Positions 27,986 to 38,896 of a DNA stretch of 64,000 nt are shown here, piece by piece. The notes below the pieces were generated by a model. That model saw nothing but the letters and a program-made list of their open reading frames with translations, did not search any database and had not been told where the DNA came from. A program made the position numbers and the translations under genes. Location: contig JACVGT010000011.1 of NCBI GenBank assembly GCA_018992685.1, forward strand, positions 1 to 64,000. The letters run 5' to 3'. Each line of letters begins with the position of its first letter. Within the stretch, counting starts at the first letter, position 1. This stretch comes from Theionarchaea archaeon (GTDB taxonomy: Archaea > Methanobacteriota_B > Thermococci > Methanofastidiosales > SZ-28-30).

Positions 27986-29296
27986 ATGAGAAAAGGGTAC
28001 CTGCTGGCGGCACTGCTCTTGATGACAGTGTTCTCCCCGATACAGGCAGTAGATTGGCAGGAATACGAGTCTGATCATTTCATCTTTTTCTACAGTCCTG
28101 ATCATCTGACAGATGATGAGATTATGGCTGTGGCTGAGACGCAGGAAGCCCTTTTTGCACAATTAAGTGGAATACTAGGGACAGATTGCCAGGAAAAGAT
28201 CGTATATTACTTGTATGGGAATAGGGAGGACTTTCAAGGGATTCCGGGGGCCTATTGCACGGGATCAACTGTCGTATATTTGTGCATTTTCTGTGTGGAC
28301 ATCTGTAAGAACGGGTTGAATGATTCACATGAACTGACTCATTCACTGGCCAATACCATTGGGTTCCAGCACGGACTGCTTGCCGAAGGGCTTGCCATCT
28401 ACATAGAGGAATACGTCATTGCGCATCAGAATCCCCATGCTATTGCACAGATTCTCTATACTGAGAATCGGCTGACTCCTCTGGAGGACATTATGAAGGA
28501 CTATTGGTGTGATATTCTCTATAATTATGATATCTCAGGTTCTTTCACGATTTTCCTAATCGAAGAGTACGGAATGGATACGTATAAGGCGCTGTACAGC
28601 ATGCCTCTGGGGTATGCTACCATTGAAGAAGTGTATGGGAAGTCTCTTGATGAACTGGAGCAGGAATGGATACAAACAATTCAGAAAGCTGACGTAACCC
28701 AGAAGGAGAGGGATATTGTACGATACAGGGATTCCATAAAAGAGGGGTTGGCTATTTATCTTGATTTGGGATTCCTGCCCCCTGATTATGCTACCTATCC
28801 CGCACGGGCAGAAGAGGGTATCTGTTTATTCAGGGAGAAGTATAAGGAAAATCCAGAGGAAGCTTTCGGGTACTTGCCCCAGTTCAACGAGGGTATGGTA
28901 GCATGGAAAGAAGCTATTGAGACATTCGAGAAAGGTCTTGAGGCTACTGATCTTGAGGAGAAGGCGGAGCTGTTTGGAAGGGCGCAGGAGCTGTACAGGG
29001 TGGCAGGAGATGCACGAATGGTTGAGCGATCTGGGAATTTTAGAGAAGCGTATGAGGCGCTGGTGATCACAGAAAAGTATGTGCAGGAAAACAAGATGGT
29101 TCAGGCAGAAGAGGAATTGGAAAAGGCAAAGGAATTGCTGCTGACCCTGAGGGAGCCAGAGGAGCAGGTGGATTTACTGGATCAGCATATTCGAGCATGG
29201 AAAGACCGGTGTGTTCCTGGATGGGGGGCAGGGTTCATTATTGTTCTGTTATGTGTTCTGCTGATGAAAGGATTCGTGAAGCTCAAGAAAGGATAG
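27986..29296 (+). CDS. Secreted gluzincin-like (MA clan) metallopeptidase with C-terminal TM anchor
   Basis: Signal peptide, HELTH...EGLA, and a C-terminal hydrophobic helix with a basic tail. Confidence 0.7.
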   Translation: MRKGYLLAALLLMTVFSPIQAVDWQEYESDHFIFFYSPDHLTDDEIMAVAETQEALFAQLSGILGTDCQEKIVYYLYGNREDFQGIPGAYCTGSTVVYLCIFCVDICKNGLNDSHELTHSLANTIGFQHGLLAEGLAIYIEEYVIAHQNPHAIAQILYTENRLTPLEDIMKDYWCDILYNYDISGSFTIFLIEEYGMDTYKALYSMPLGYATIEEVYGKSLDELEQEWIQTIQKADVTQKERDIVRYRDSIKEGLAIYLDLGFLPPDYATYPARAEEGICLFREKYKENPEEAFGYLPQFNEGMVAWKEAIETFEKGLEATDLEEKAELFGRAQELYRVAGDARMVERSGNFREAYEALVITEKYVQENKMVQAEEELEKAKELLLTLREPEEQVDLLDQHIRAWKDRCVPGWGAGFIIVLLCVLLMKGFVKLKKG

Positions 29297-29465
29297 ATGT
29301 CCAGATAGTTGAGGCTATAACATGTTCTGGCTTGTTCGAGGTATGCATTTATAAAAGACAATGGTTTCTAAGTAAATCCTATTCTTAATCGACCTTCTAG
29401 CAGTTGAAACCTCCTTCACTCAGTCAAATAACAAACCTTATAACCACCTTTTCCTTGGTGATATC

Positions 29466-31172
29466 ATGAAGGACCTTGTGGAAAAAGAGATCAGACAGAA
29501 GGCCCAGACTCTCTACAATTACATGGACGACGTCGAAGCAAAACCCATCCCTTTCAAAGGAGACTGGGGATTCTCAACTACAATAGCGTTTAAGATAGCA
29601 GGAACCCAGAAGGGAAACTTTCACAATGCTCTCAAGGAAATCTCAGAAACCTTGGCCTCTAATTTAGAATTCGGAAAAGAAGTCTCTCGAGTAGAAACAG
29701 TCAATGGCTATATAAATATTTACCTCAATGCCAATACATATGCTCAAAACGTCATAAAAACCATTTTGAATACTCAGTATGGAAAAGGAGTCACCAAGAA
29801 AGACAAAATCATGGTGGAATATTCTCAGCCCAACACTCACAAGGCCTTTCACATAGGTCATCTCAGAAACACCTGCCTTGGAGCATCCCTGGTCGATGTC
29901 CTCCGTTACGCAGGCTATTCGGTGGTGGCTGCCAACCTCATCAACGATACCGGAGCCCACGTGGCGAAGTGGCTATGGTGCTATTCAACCTATCACAAGG
30001 CAGAGGCACCACCTGAAAAAAAGAGTGAATGGCTGGAACATATCTACGTGGAAGCAACTCAGAAACTCGCCAAGAATCCAGAATACGAGCTTCAAGTCAA
30101 AAAAATGCTCCAGCGACTCGAGCAGAAAGACCCCGAGGTCACCAAGATCTGGGAACAGACCAAGCAATGGTCCATGGATGAATTTCACCGCATCTACAGT
30201 GAATTGGGCGTACAATTTGATGTCTATTTCTACGACTCCACCCTCTACGAAGAAGGAAAAGAGATTGTCCAGGAACTCGTGGAAAAGGAAATTGCTGAAG
30301 AAAGTGAGGGTGCTCTCATCATAGATTTGGATCACCTTCTGGGAACAGATGACGTGTACAAAACCTTTGTCGTTCTTCGCTCAGATGGGACAGCCCTCTA
30401 CCAGACCAAGGATCTCGCTCTGGCAAAGCGAAAATTTGAGGGCTACGGCATTGATCGTTCCATTTACGTGGTAGGCTCAGAACAAAAACTGCATTTTCAG
30501 CAAGTGTTCAAGACTCTTGAGCTAGCGGGCTTCAAGCAGGCCAAAAAATGCTATCACCTTTCCTATGAACTTGTCATGCTCAAAGGAGGAAAAATGTCGT
30601 CCCGTTTGGGAAATATCGTCTTTTATGATGACCTCTATTCGGAAGTCTATGAAGAGGCATTAAGAGAAGTAGAAAAACGTGATATTGTGCAGGAGAACAA
30701 AGAAGAAACAGCCAGGATGGTGTCCATGGGCGCTATCAAGTTTTCCATGCTGCGAAAGGACAACAACAAGGTCATTGTCTTTGATCCCAAGGAAGCAGTC
30801 AACTTCGAAGGTCAAACCGGTGCGTATGTGCAGTATGCCCATGCCAGGGCTTCCCGTATCTTGGAGAAAGACGCGTACGATCTGAATGCTATGGAATTCG
30901 AAGAGCTGACAGTGCAGGAGAGAAACCTTCTGGAAGTCCTGACAAAGTTCCCCGATTCTGTTGAGCAGTCAGCAGAACGCTACAAACCCAGTATCATGGC
31001 AACGTATGTCTTTGACGTGGCCAAGGCCTTCAATGAGTTCTACCATGCCTGTCCAGTGCTGCAAGCAGAGCCGGCAACGAAGAATGCGAGACTGGCTCTG
31101 GTCTCGGCAACAACTCGCATATTGAAGAGCGGATTGCAGCTCCTGGGAATCGAGGCCCCCGAAAGGATGTAG
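29466..31172 (+). CDS. argS: Arginyl-tRNA synthetase
   Basis: EYSQPNTHKAFHIGHLRN, KMSSR, YVQYAHAR and a C-terminal ERM. Confidence 0.97.
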   Translation: MKDLVEKEIRQKAQTLYNYMDDVEAKPIPFKGDWGFSTTIAFKIAGTQKGNFHNALKEISETLASNLEFGKEVSRVETVNGYINIYLNANTYAQNVIKTILNTQYGKGVTKKDKIMVEYSQPNTHKAFHIGHLRNTCLGASLVDVLRYAGYSVVAANLINDTGAHVAKWLWCYSTYHKAEAPPEKKSEWLEHIYVEATQKLAKNPEYELQVKKMLQRLEQKDPEVTKIWEQTKQWSMDEFHRIYSELGVQFDVYFYDSTLYEEGKEIVQELVEKEIAEESEGALIIDLDHLLGTDDVYKTFVVLRSDGTALYQTKDLALAKRKFEGYGIDRSIYVVGSEQKLHFQQVFKTLELAGFKQAKKCYHLSYELVMLKGGKMSSRLGNIVFYDDLYSEVYEEALREVEKRDIVQENKEETARMVSMGAIKFSMLRKDNNKVIVFDPKEAVNFEGQTGAYVQYAHARASRILEKDAYDLNAMEFEELTVQERNLLEVLTKFPDSVEQSAERYKPSIMATYVFDVAKAFNEFYHACPVLQAEPATKNARLALVSATTRILKSGLQLLGIEAPERM

Positions 31173-31223
31173 GTCGGACCGGAAGGATTTTTAAGGCAGC
31201 TTCTCCAGTGGGCGTGTGATTTC

Positions 31224-31742
31224 ATGATTGACTATAAGAATATGTCCAGAGATGAAGTGCTCCAGAAAGCGTACGAGATTGCTTTTGCATATGAAAGAGA
31301 TTATGGTAATTGTCCTCAGTCCTTGCTGGCCACCATGCATGACATGTTCAGCATTGGAGATGAAGAGGTCTTCAAGAGTGGGACAGGAATGGCAGGGGGA
31401 GGAGCCCTTGCGGGGCAGGGTACCTGTGGTGCTTTGATAGGGGGATTCATGGCGATCGGCCTGGTATTTGGCAGAACTCCTGAAGACTACAGGTCAAAAA
31501 AAGGAGCAGGAAGAGCATATAGAGCGGCAAAGGAGCTGCATGACCGGTTTGTCAAGGAATTTGGCGGGGTGGTGTGCAAGGACGTTCAGAAGAGCATTTT
31601 TGGAAGAGGGTTCAACTTACTGGACAAAGAGGAGTATCAACTTTTCGAGAAGATGGGGGGTCACAGAGACAAGTGTACTCATGTGGTGGGAAAGGTAGCT
31701 ATGTGGACAGCAGATATTATTCTGGATGAACTCACGAAATAA
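31224..31742 (+). CDS. C_GCAxxG_C_C family putative redox protein
   Basis: NCPQS, GTCGALIGG, VVC and DKC. Confidence 0.85.
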   Translation: MIDYKNMSRDEVLQKAYEIAFAYERDYGNCPQSLLATMHDMFSIGDEEVFKSGTGMAGGGALAGQGTCGALIGGFMAIGLVFGRTPEDYRSKKGAGRAYRAAKELHDRFVKEFGGVVCKDVQKSIFGRGFNLLDKEEYQLFEKMGGHRDKCTHVVGKVAMWTADIILDELTK

Positions 31743-31822
31743 ACTGTCAGGCCCATTTCATTCTTCTTTCTTTCTGTTGTATTTCCTGCTGTACTTCCTT
31801 CTCGCTGCCAGGAGGTTCCCGT

Positions 31823-32779
31823 TCACCTCAAGTGACAGGCAACAAAATGGTCTCCACCCTTGTTCTCCAGCGCAGGTTCTTGCTGGGAACAGATCTCCTT
31901 TGCATACATGCATCTGGTGTGGAACCGGCATCCTGGAGGAAGATGCGTGGTACTAGGAACGTCTCCCTTCAATACGATTTCCTTCCTCTTGAATGAGGGG
32001 TTTGGCACAGGCACTGCAGACATCAAAGCCTCTGTATAGGGGTGCAGGGAATTGTCAAATAGCTCTTTCTTTGGCGCCATTTCCACAATCTTTCCTACAT
32101 ACATGACTGCCACCCTGTCACAAATATGACGTATGACACTGAGATCATGAGTTACAAATAAATACGTGAATCCGAATTCCTCCTGGAGATCCTGCATCAG
32201 ATTCAGGATCTGGGCCTGTATGGACACGTCCAGGGCTGAAACTGGTTCATCTGCCACAATGAAATCAGGATCAACAGCCAGAGCACGGGCAATGCCAATT
32301 CGCTGCCTTTGCCCTCCTGAGAACTCGTGGGGGTATCTGTTCATCTGTTCCTGAGTGAGCCCCACCTTGTCCATAATCTCCAGCACTTTCTCTTCTTTTT
32401 CTTTTCCTGAAAACAGGCCATGGACTTCCATGGGTTCAGCAATGATTGCTCCCACTGTCATTCTGGGGTCAAGGGACCCAAAGGGATCCTGATAGATGAT
32501 ACTCATATCTCTCCTGTATTTTCTCATTTCCTGCCTTTTGAGGGAGGTAATGTCCTCTCCTTTGAACATGATACTGCCGGAATCAGGTTCATATAGCTTG
32601 AGTATTGTCTTTCCACAGGTCGTCTTGCCGCACCCGGATTCTCCCACCAACCCTAGTGTTTCTCCTTCTTTTATGGCAAATGACACATCGTCTACAGCCC
32701 TGTTGATTAAGGGCTTTTTCAGGAGTCCTCCCCCTACATTGAAGTATTTTGCCAGGTTCTTGACCTCCAGCAGTGTCAT
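31823..32779 (-). CDS. dppF: Peptide ABC transporter ATPase
   Basis: [16 protein letters not shown] and a C-terminal GCRFHTRC. Confidence 0.92.
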   Translation of the reverse strand: MTLLEVKNLAKYFNVGGGLLKKPLINRAVDDVSFAIKEGETLGLVGESGCGKTTCGKTILKLYEPDSGSIMFKGEDITSLKRQEMRKYRRDMSIIYQDPFGSLDPRMTVGAIIAEPMEVHGLFSGKEKEEKVLEIMDKVGLTQEQMNRYPHEFSGGQRQRIGIARALAVDPDFIVADEPVSALDVSIQAQILNLMQDLQEEFGFTYLFVTHDLSVIRHICDRVAVMYVGKIVEMAPKKELFDNSLHPYTEALMSAVPVPNPSFKRKEIVLKGDVPSTTHLPPGCRFHTRCMYAKEICSQQEPALENKGGDHFVACHLR

Positions 32780-33744
32780 GGTATCTCCTCCAGAAAACAG
32801 CGGGTAAAATGGCTATTTTCTCGTTCTACCAGCTGGGGTTGCTCCCGTGCACACATCTCTGATGCGTGACTGCACCGGGGGTGGAACCTACATCCCGGGG
32901 GTATCTGAATCAAGTTGGGAACATTCCCCTCAATAATCCTCAGCCGGTTCCTGTCCACATCCAGCCGTGGTATGGCCTGGTATAGTCCCACCGTGTACGG
33001 GTGCAGTGGATTATTGAAGATGGCTTCAACACTTCCGTATTCCACGATTTCCCCTGCATACATCACAGCTACAGTGTTGCACTGCTGAGCTATTACTCCC
33101 AGATCATGAGTAATCAGAAGAACAGAGGCCGAGAAGTCCTGCTTCAGCTTTTCCATCAGCCGGAGAATTTGAGCCTGTATAGTGACATCCAACGCTGTGG
33201 TGGGTTCATCCGCTATCAAGAGCTTCGGATTGCAGGAAAGGGCCATAGCAATCATGACTCTCTGGCGCATTCCTCCCGATAACTGGTGAGGATACTCTTT
33301 CATTCTCCGTTCTGGATCGGGGATGCCCACGACGTGCAGCATATCAGTGGCCTTCTTGCGGGCTTCCTCCTTATCCAATCCCTGGTGCAGCTGGATAGCT
33401 TCCATGATCTCATTGCCCACCGTGAAAACAGGGTCTAACGAGGTCATGGGTTCTTGGAAGATCATGGATATCTTGCATCCTCTTATCTTCTGCATTTGTT
33501 CTTCTGTCTTCTTCAGCAGGTCTTCGTTTTCAAGTAATACCTGACCTCCGACGATCTTCCCTGGAGGCCAGCTGATGAGCCGGATGATGGATAGAGCAGT
33601 CACGGATTTCCCGCATCCTGATTCTCCCACCAGTCCAAAGGTTTCTTCCTTCTCTATGGTGAGACTTACATCATCCACAGCCTTGACGATGCCATCATCA
33701 GTGAAAAACTGAGTCTTCAGGTTGTTGACTTCTAGGAGGCTCAT
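32776..33744 (-). CDS. dppD: Peptide ABC transporter ATPase
   Basis: [16 protein letters not shown] and DEPTTALD. Confidence 0.92.
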   Translation of the reverse strand: MSLLEVNNLKTQFFTDDGIVKAVDDVSLTIEKEETFGLVGESGCGKSVTALSIIRLISWPPGKIVGGQVLLENEDLLKKTEEQMQKIRGCKISMIFQEPMTSLDPVFTVGNEIMEAIQLHQGLDKEEARKKATDMLHVVGIPDPERRMKEYPHQLSGGMRQRVMIAMALSCNPKLLIADEPTTALDVTIQAQILRLMEKLKQDFSASVLLITHDLGVIAQQCNTVAVMYAGEIVEYGSVEAIFNNPLHPYTVGLYQAIPRLDVDRNRLRIIEGNVPNLIQIPPGCRFHPRCSHASEMCAREQPQLVERENSHFTRCFLEEIP

Positions 33745-34637
33745 AGCTTGGCACCTCCCTTCAGTCGTGGATCCAATGCATCTCGCAATCCATCACCCAA
33801 TAGATTCAGCGATATTACTGAAAGGAGTATAGCTATCCCGGGAAAAGTAGCAGCCCACCATGCCCCTGTTACCAGGTACTTCCGTGACAGTGACAGAGCG
33901 AGACCCCACTCGGGTGAGGGCGCCTGCGCTCCCACTCCCAGAAATCCCAGAGCTGCAGCATCCAGAATGGCAGTGGCCAGCATCAAAGTAGAATACACAA
34001 TGATGGGGGCAAGTGAGTTGGGCAAGACGTGTTTGAAAATGATCCGCCAGGTAGATGACCCGATGGCATGCTCCGCCTCGATATATTCTGTCTCTTTTAT
34101 TGATAGCACAGCTCCTCTTACCACCCTGGCCATCTGAGGGGTATACACGATACCAATGGCCAGCATGGCCTTGTCAATTCCCCTCCCAAGCGTACCTGCC
34201 ACCACCAGAGCCAGCAGTAGTGCAGGATAGGCAAATAGAATATCTACAATACGCATGACAACATTATCTACAGCTCCTCCAAAGTATCCTGCTGAGATAC
34301 CCATGAGAATACCCATGCCCACAGCGAATCCTAGGGCAACAAACCCCACACTGAGGGTGACTCTCCCTCCATAAAACAAGCGCGAAAGCAGGTCCCGTCC
34401 CAAGGCATCTGTACCGAGGTAAAACCCTGGTAACCCGTCATCGGACCAGAACCCTGGTTTCAGCTGACGATCAAGATCTACATCATGAGGGTCATGAGGG
34501 GCAAACAGAGGAGCACCCACACTCAGAGTGACTATGATAAACAGCAGTCCCAGCCCAAACATGGCTGACTTATTCTTCCGCATCTGGCGCGTGACATCTT
34601 GAATCCGTGTTCGTCTCTTGATTTCTTCTTCTGCCAT
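33741..34637 (-). CDS. dppC: Peptide ABC transporter permease
   Basis: [12 protein letters not shown] loop and [12 protein letters not shown]. Confidence 0.92.
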   Translation of the reverse strand: MAEEEIKRRTRIQDVTRQMRKNKSAMFGLGLLFIIVTLSVGAPLFAPHDPHDVDLDRQLKPGFWSDDGLPGFYLGTDALGRDLLSRLFYGGRVTLSVGFVALGFAVGMGILMGISAGYFGGAVDNVVMRIVDILFAYPALLLALVVAGTLGRGIDKAMLAIGIVYTPQMARVVRGAVLSIKETEYIEAEHAIGSSTWRIIFKHVLPNSLAPIIVYSTLMLATAILDAAALGFLGVGAQAPSPEWGLALSLSRKYLVTGAWWAATFPGIAILLSVISLNLLGDGLRDALDPRLKGGAKL

Positions 34638-34648
34638 AGTATCACCTA

Positions 34649-35653
34649 TTATTTGTACTTGATACGCGGATCGATGTAGACGTAAATGATATCAGTAGCC
34701 AAGTTAATGATCACGAACGCAGTGGCAAAGAACAGCGTAAATCCTTGAATCACAGGATAGTCATAGGCCAGTATAGCGTCTGCAATGTACTTGCCCAGTC
34801 CTGGCAAGGTAAATATCGTTTCTGTCAGTACTGCCCCCCCCATGAGCAATCCAACATTCATACCGATAACAGTGACGATGGGGATCAATGCATTACGAAT
34901 AGCATGTTTGTAGACAACCACTCGTTCTGAGAGGCCTTTTGCTCTCTCCGTTCTGATGTAATCCTGCCGCAGGACTTCCAGCATGGAAGACCTGGTCATT
35001 CTGGCGATTGTGGCCATGGGAATGGTGGCCAAAGCCACGGAAGGCAATATCAGGTGCTTGATACTGTCTAGAAATGCTTCCCCATTAAATGTCAGGATGC
35101 TGTCCAGGATGTTGAGTCCGGTAATCCGTTCCAGGTAGATACCTGTGGTCAGCCTCCCCCCTATGGGAAGTACTCCAAGTTTGACTCCAAAAATGAACAG
35201 CATCATCAGTCCAAGCCAGAACACAGGCATGGACACACCAAACAGGGCTCCAAACATGACCCCATAATCAACTGGTGAATACTGACGGACAGCGGAAACA
35301 ATTCCAGCAAGAATACCAAAAAATGATGCGATAATCATGGCAAATATCGATAGCTCCAAGGTGGTGGGTAGTCGTTCCACAATTTCAACCGTAACCAATT
35401 CACGGGATTTGATTGATCTTCCCAAGTCACCTTTCAGAGCCATTTCAATCCAGATAAGGTACTGTTCATAAATAGGTTTGTCCAGGTGGTATTTTTCCCG
35501 TATCTGTTCTAGTACCTGGGCAGTGGCGTGTTCACCTGCCAGATTGACGGCAGGATCTCCTGGTGCTGCTCGTACCAGCACGAAGGTGATAATAGAAACA
35601 CCAAAAAGCACCACTACGAGCATTGCCAATCGTTTCAGGACATATTCTTTCAT
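34649..35653 (-). CDS. dppB: Peptide ABC transporter permease
   Basis: PGDP, GDLGRS, RAKGL and DPRI. Confidence 0.92.
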   Translation of the reverse strand: MKEYVLKRLAMLVVVLFGVSIITFVLVRAAPGDPAVNLAGEHATAQVLEQIREKYHLDKPIYEQYLIWIEMALKGDLGRSIKSRELVTVEIVERLPTTLELSIFAMIIASFFGILAGIVSAVRQYSPVDYGVMFGALFGVSMPVFWLGLMMLFIFGVKLGVLPIGGRLTTGIYLERITGLNILDSILTFNGEAFLDSIKHLILPSVALATIPMATIARMTRSSMLEVLRQDYIRTERAKGLSERVVVYKHAIRNALIPIVTVIGMNVGLLMGGAVLTETIFTLPGLGKYIADAILAYDYPVIQGFTLFFATAFVIINLATDIIYVYIDPRIKYK

Positions 35654-35686
35654 CTTTTCACCTCAAAAAAGAAAAAAGGGAAAGAT

Positions 35687-37414
35687 TTATTTTCTTTTGA
35701 TTCGCAGGACAATTCCTCCCACCAAGAGAAGAGCGACGAAGAGTGTTCCCAGTCCAGCTCCTCCTTCTTCTTCTACCCATACAGGATAGAAGAACTTTCT
35801 GCTTGTGGGGTGAATGACGTAACCATGCACCGTGGACAGGAAGGCAAGGTTCTGGTCGGCATGTGCAATGAAGACATGGGAGCACTGGTCTACCAGAAGT
35901 TTGTTTGCCTGTTCATACAGAGCACCTCTCTCATCCTGGTCATACGTCAACAGCGCCCTGTTGAGAAGATCCTGGAATTCAGGGTTCTTCTTGAATCCGA
36001 TGTTACCTGCACTGCCTACTGTTGCCTTGTCCTGGGAGTACAGCACATTGAGGAAGTTGTCAGGGTCACCGTTGTCCCCTGTCCATCCCAGCATAGCCAT
36101 GGCGTGCTTGCCGGCCTCAGTGTCCTGCAGATAGGTACCCCAGTCTTCAGTGAACAGCTCCACCGTGATACCTACTTCTGCCAGATCTGCCTGGATTGCC
36201 TCTGCAATCTCGGTGGGTACAGGGAAGTACGGTCGTGAAACAGGCATGTGCCACAAGACTACTTCAAACCCGTCAGGGTATCCTGCTGCTGTCAGGAGGT
36301 CCCGTGCTTTCTGTGGATTGTACTCATATCCTGTGATGGCATTGTTGTATCCAAACAGGACAGGGGGCATCCCCTGGTTGGCCGCAGTAGCTGCTCCCTG
36401 GTACAGGTTCCTGACTATTGCATCTTTGTCAATAGCATGAGCAATGGCCTGCCTTACACGGACATCATTGAATGGCTCAAAGGCTCCAGTCACGTCCACT
36501 TCTTCACCTGAATCCCACTTACCATTCTCGTTTGCGTCAACGTATCCTTCGCCGCAGTTCAATGCAATGTATCCCACGTTCATTCCTGCCTGTGAGATCA
36601 GCTGCAGTTTTGGATCATTCTTGATAATGTCCAGCTGCTTGGGGTCAACGTGCTCAATTCCGTGGACTTCTCCTGCCTGCAATGCCATTAACCGGGCCGA
36701 TGGATCTGGAATAACTTTGAAGACCAATTCATCAATTTGGGGCGGGTCTCGCCAGTAGTCCTCGAAAGCCCTCAGAGTAATGTGGTCGTCCTTAACCCAT
36801 TCCACAAACTCAAAGGGTCCAGTTCCTACAGGGTTCTTAAAGTAATCCTCCCCGTATTGTTGTGCAGCCTTTTCACTAACAATACACACAGTAAACATAG
36901 CCAGACTTGTCATGATCGAAGCATTGGGCTGCCTCATGTGGATAGCGACCTTGTACGTATCCAGCTTCTCCACACTCTCAATATCAGTGTACATGTAGCC
37001 CCAGTAGGCCCATTCACCTTTGTCGTAGTACCAGTTGCTTGAATCGTACTGTCTTGCGAAGGAGAAAACCACGTCATCAGCAGTCACTTCACCAAACCCG
37101 TGATGGAACTGCACACCTTTTCTCAGGTTGAACGTGATAGTTTTCTTGTCATCTGAGACATTCCAGTCTGTTGCAAGGCATGCCCTGATGTTGGTGGTTC
37201 CACCATCATATTCTACAAGACCTTCGTGTATGTTGTCCATCCTCTGGATGGATTCACCGTCTGTAACATCTGCAGGATCAAGTCGTACTGCATCACCGGA
37301 TGAACCGAAGATAAAGATTGTTTTCGTCTCTGGTGCCTTTTCTTGGCCCACACATCCGGCCAATAAGGTTACCAAAACCAGCACAGCTGCGATCGCTTTA
37401 AGTTTTGTTTTCAT
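35687..37414 (-). CDS. dppA: Peptide ABC substrate-binding lipoprotein (family 5) with C-terminal TM anchor
   Basis: Lipobox LLAGC, PVGTGPF, GWTGDNGDPDNF and a C-terminal GLGT + TM + RIKRK. Confidence 0.92.
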   Translation of the reverse strand: MKTKLKAIAAVLVLVTLLAGCVGQEKAPETKTIFIFGSSGDAVRLDPADVTDGESIQRMDNIHEGLVEYDGGTTNIRACLATDWNVSDDKKTITFNLRKGVQFHHGFGEVTADDVVFSFARQYDSSNWYYDKGEWAYWGYMYTDIESVEKLDTYKVAIHMRQPNASIMTSLAMFTVCIVSEKAAQQYGEDYFKNPVGTGPFEFVEWVKDDHITLRAFEDYWRDPPQIDELVFKVIPDPSARLMALQAGEVHGIEHVDPKQLDIIKNDPKLQLISQAGMNVGYIALNCGEGYVDANENGKWDSGEEVDVTGAFEPFNDVRVRQAIAHAIDKDAIVRNLYQGAATAANQGMPPVLFGYNNAITGYEYNPQKARDLLTAAGYPDGFEVVLWHMPVSRPYFPVPTEIAEAIQADLAEVGITVELFTEDWGTYLQDTEAGKHAMAMLGWTGDNGDPDNFLNVLYSQDKATVGSAGNIGFKKNPEFQDLLNRALLTYDQDERGALYEQANKLLVDQCSHVFIAHADQNLAFLSTVHGYVIHPTSRKFFYPVWVEEEGGAGLGTLFVALLLVGGIVLRIKRK

Positions 37415-37766
37415 GTTTTCCCTCCTATTGTGAGAACTAGAGTTCTCCTTAGTTCAAAGACAGCTTTTTCAATATATAAAGCTTTCGATGTTCATAGTTT
37501 GAAGAGTTCTTCGTCAGTCTTCTGCTCTATAGGCTAGAAAACACATTCTGATCAACGAGGTGGCAAAATTTCTCGACTATCTGAGATGTTCCTCAGGTAT
37601 TTCCACCACAGAATGAGAAGGGACCCTTACCCTCAGTTATTGATTTCTCGGATGGGGTTCATGCAGCTCCTCCTGTTCTAGCTTGATCTCATGAATTGCA
37701 GGGGATTTTCGATTACACGGTCTGGAGCCCCCGAACTCTTTTAAGTGCTCATTCCCCAGGTGGTCT

Positions 37767-38183
37767 GTGAACTATACCATGGTGGAAACGGATTCAGGCT
37801 ACAGGGTATTCCAAGACCGAATTGCCCTCCTGGATGGAATGCAGCTCAGGTTCCTCTATGATGTAGGACGTTGTCAAATTGCCGATACAAATTCGCTCTT
37901 TGCCTATTTTGAATCCATTGAAGCCTTTGAGCAACTGATTGCCCTTGACCTTGTCACCCTGCGGCCTCATCGAGTGCCCGGACCCGGGGAGAAAAAGGTG
38001 ATCCAGTGGAAAGGGATCCTGTTCTATGCAATTCAGGCTTCCGTATTTAGACCAGAGGTAACAGAGAAGGGCATCCACCTCCTTCAGGAAGTGAAGAAAA
38101 GTGATTCCTTCTCAGCATGCATGGAAGATATGGACCAGAAAATCGCAGAGAAACTCGTGTACCTGAGGATTGAGCATGACTAG
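37767..38183 (+). CDS. Hypothetical protein
   Basis: 138-aa ORF downstream of a TATA-like ctttttaag. Overlaps the next ORF in an operon-like way. Confidence 0.55.
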   Translation: MNYTMVETDSGYRVFQDRIALLDGMQLRFLYDVGRCQIADTNSLFAYFESIEAFEQLIALDLVTLRPHRVPGPGEKKVIQWKGILFYAIQASVFRPEVTEKGIHLLQEVKKSDSFSACMEDMDQKIAEKLVYLRIEHD

Positions 38184-38814
38184 AAAGCCCTTGTACTATG
38201 TTTCCAGAGAAAAGAAGACCTACCACATTGGGTTCCGGAGCTCGGGGAGAAATGAACTGCTGAAATCACGGCTTTCGCGTTTTATGGAAGGGTTTACAGC
38301 GGATTCATGGCTCAGAGAGACTGATTCTGCAGTGTACGCCTTTTGCCGTTCTCTTCCCGAGAGTGTGGTGAATCTCTGGTTCTCGCAGATTTCACGAGAA
38401 CGTTCTGCCATCAAGGAATCAAGAAATGCAGTAAAAGTGGGAAAAGACGGAAGAGCTTCAAAAGCTGTAAAGGTAAGGAAAACAGGAAAGTACAATAATC
38501 TGGTCTCCTCTGTGATTCGTCAGCTTCCACGAAAGAGAATTCGCAGCATAGGGGAGCTCTACTACAGGATTCCTCCCTCTGTTCCTCCCGACATTTCCAG
38601 GACTGGTAGGAGGAAAAGGAAAAAGGATCTTGCAACACTCAAAGAAGAGGTCATGGCTCAACGATTGTGGGAACCATTTGTCCCCACATGCAGTGAATGT
38701 GCTTTCTGGGAAAAACACATCCTCCCCTACAGCCAGGTGAATACAGGCCAGTGCAAGGCTACGAGAAATCTGGTAGAGGGAGAGAACAAGGCCTGCTCTG
38801 AATTTCAAAAGTAG
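38170..38814 (+). CDS. Basic hypothetical protein with C-terminal 4-Cys metal-binding motif
   Basis: Arg/Lys-rich, with CSECAFW...GQC...AC. Confidence 0.55.
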   Translation: MSMTRKPLYYVSREKKTYHIGFRSSGRNELLKSRLSRFMEGFTADSWLRETDSAVYAFCRSLPESVVNLWFSQISRERSAIKESRNAVKVGKDGRASKAVKVRKTGKYNNLVSSVIRQLPRKRIRSIGELYYRIPPSVPPDISRTGRRKRKKDLATLKEEVMAQRLWEPFVPTCSECAFWEKHILPYSQVNTGQCKATRNLVEGENKACSEFQK

Positions 38815-38896
38815 GATGAGGGTATCATCTTATAAATTCTGGGTTACAAGCGCGTTCATTGGTAACCTTTAAAAATTCCAAATTCACGAACAGGAT

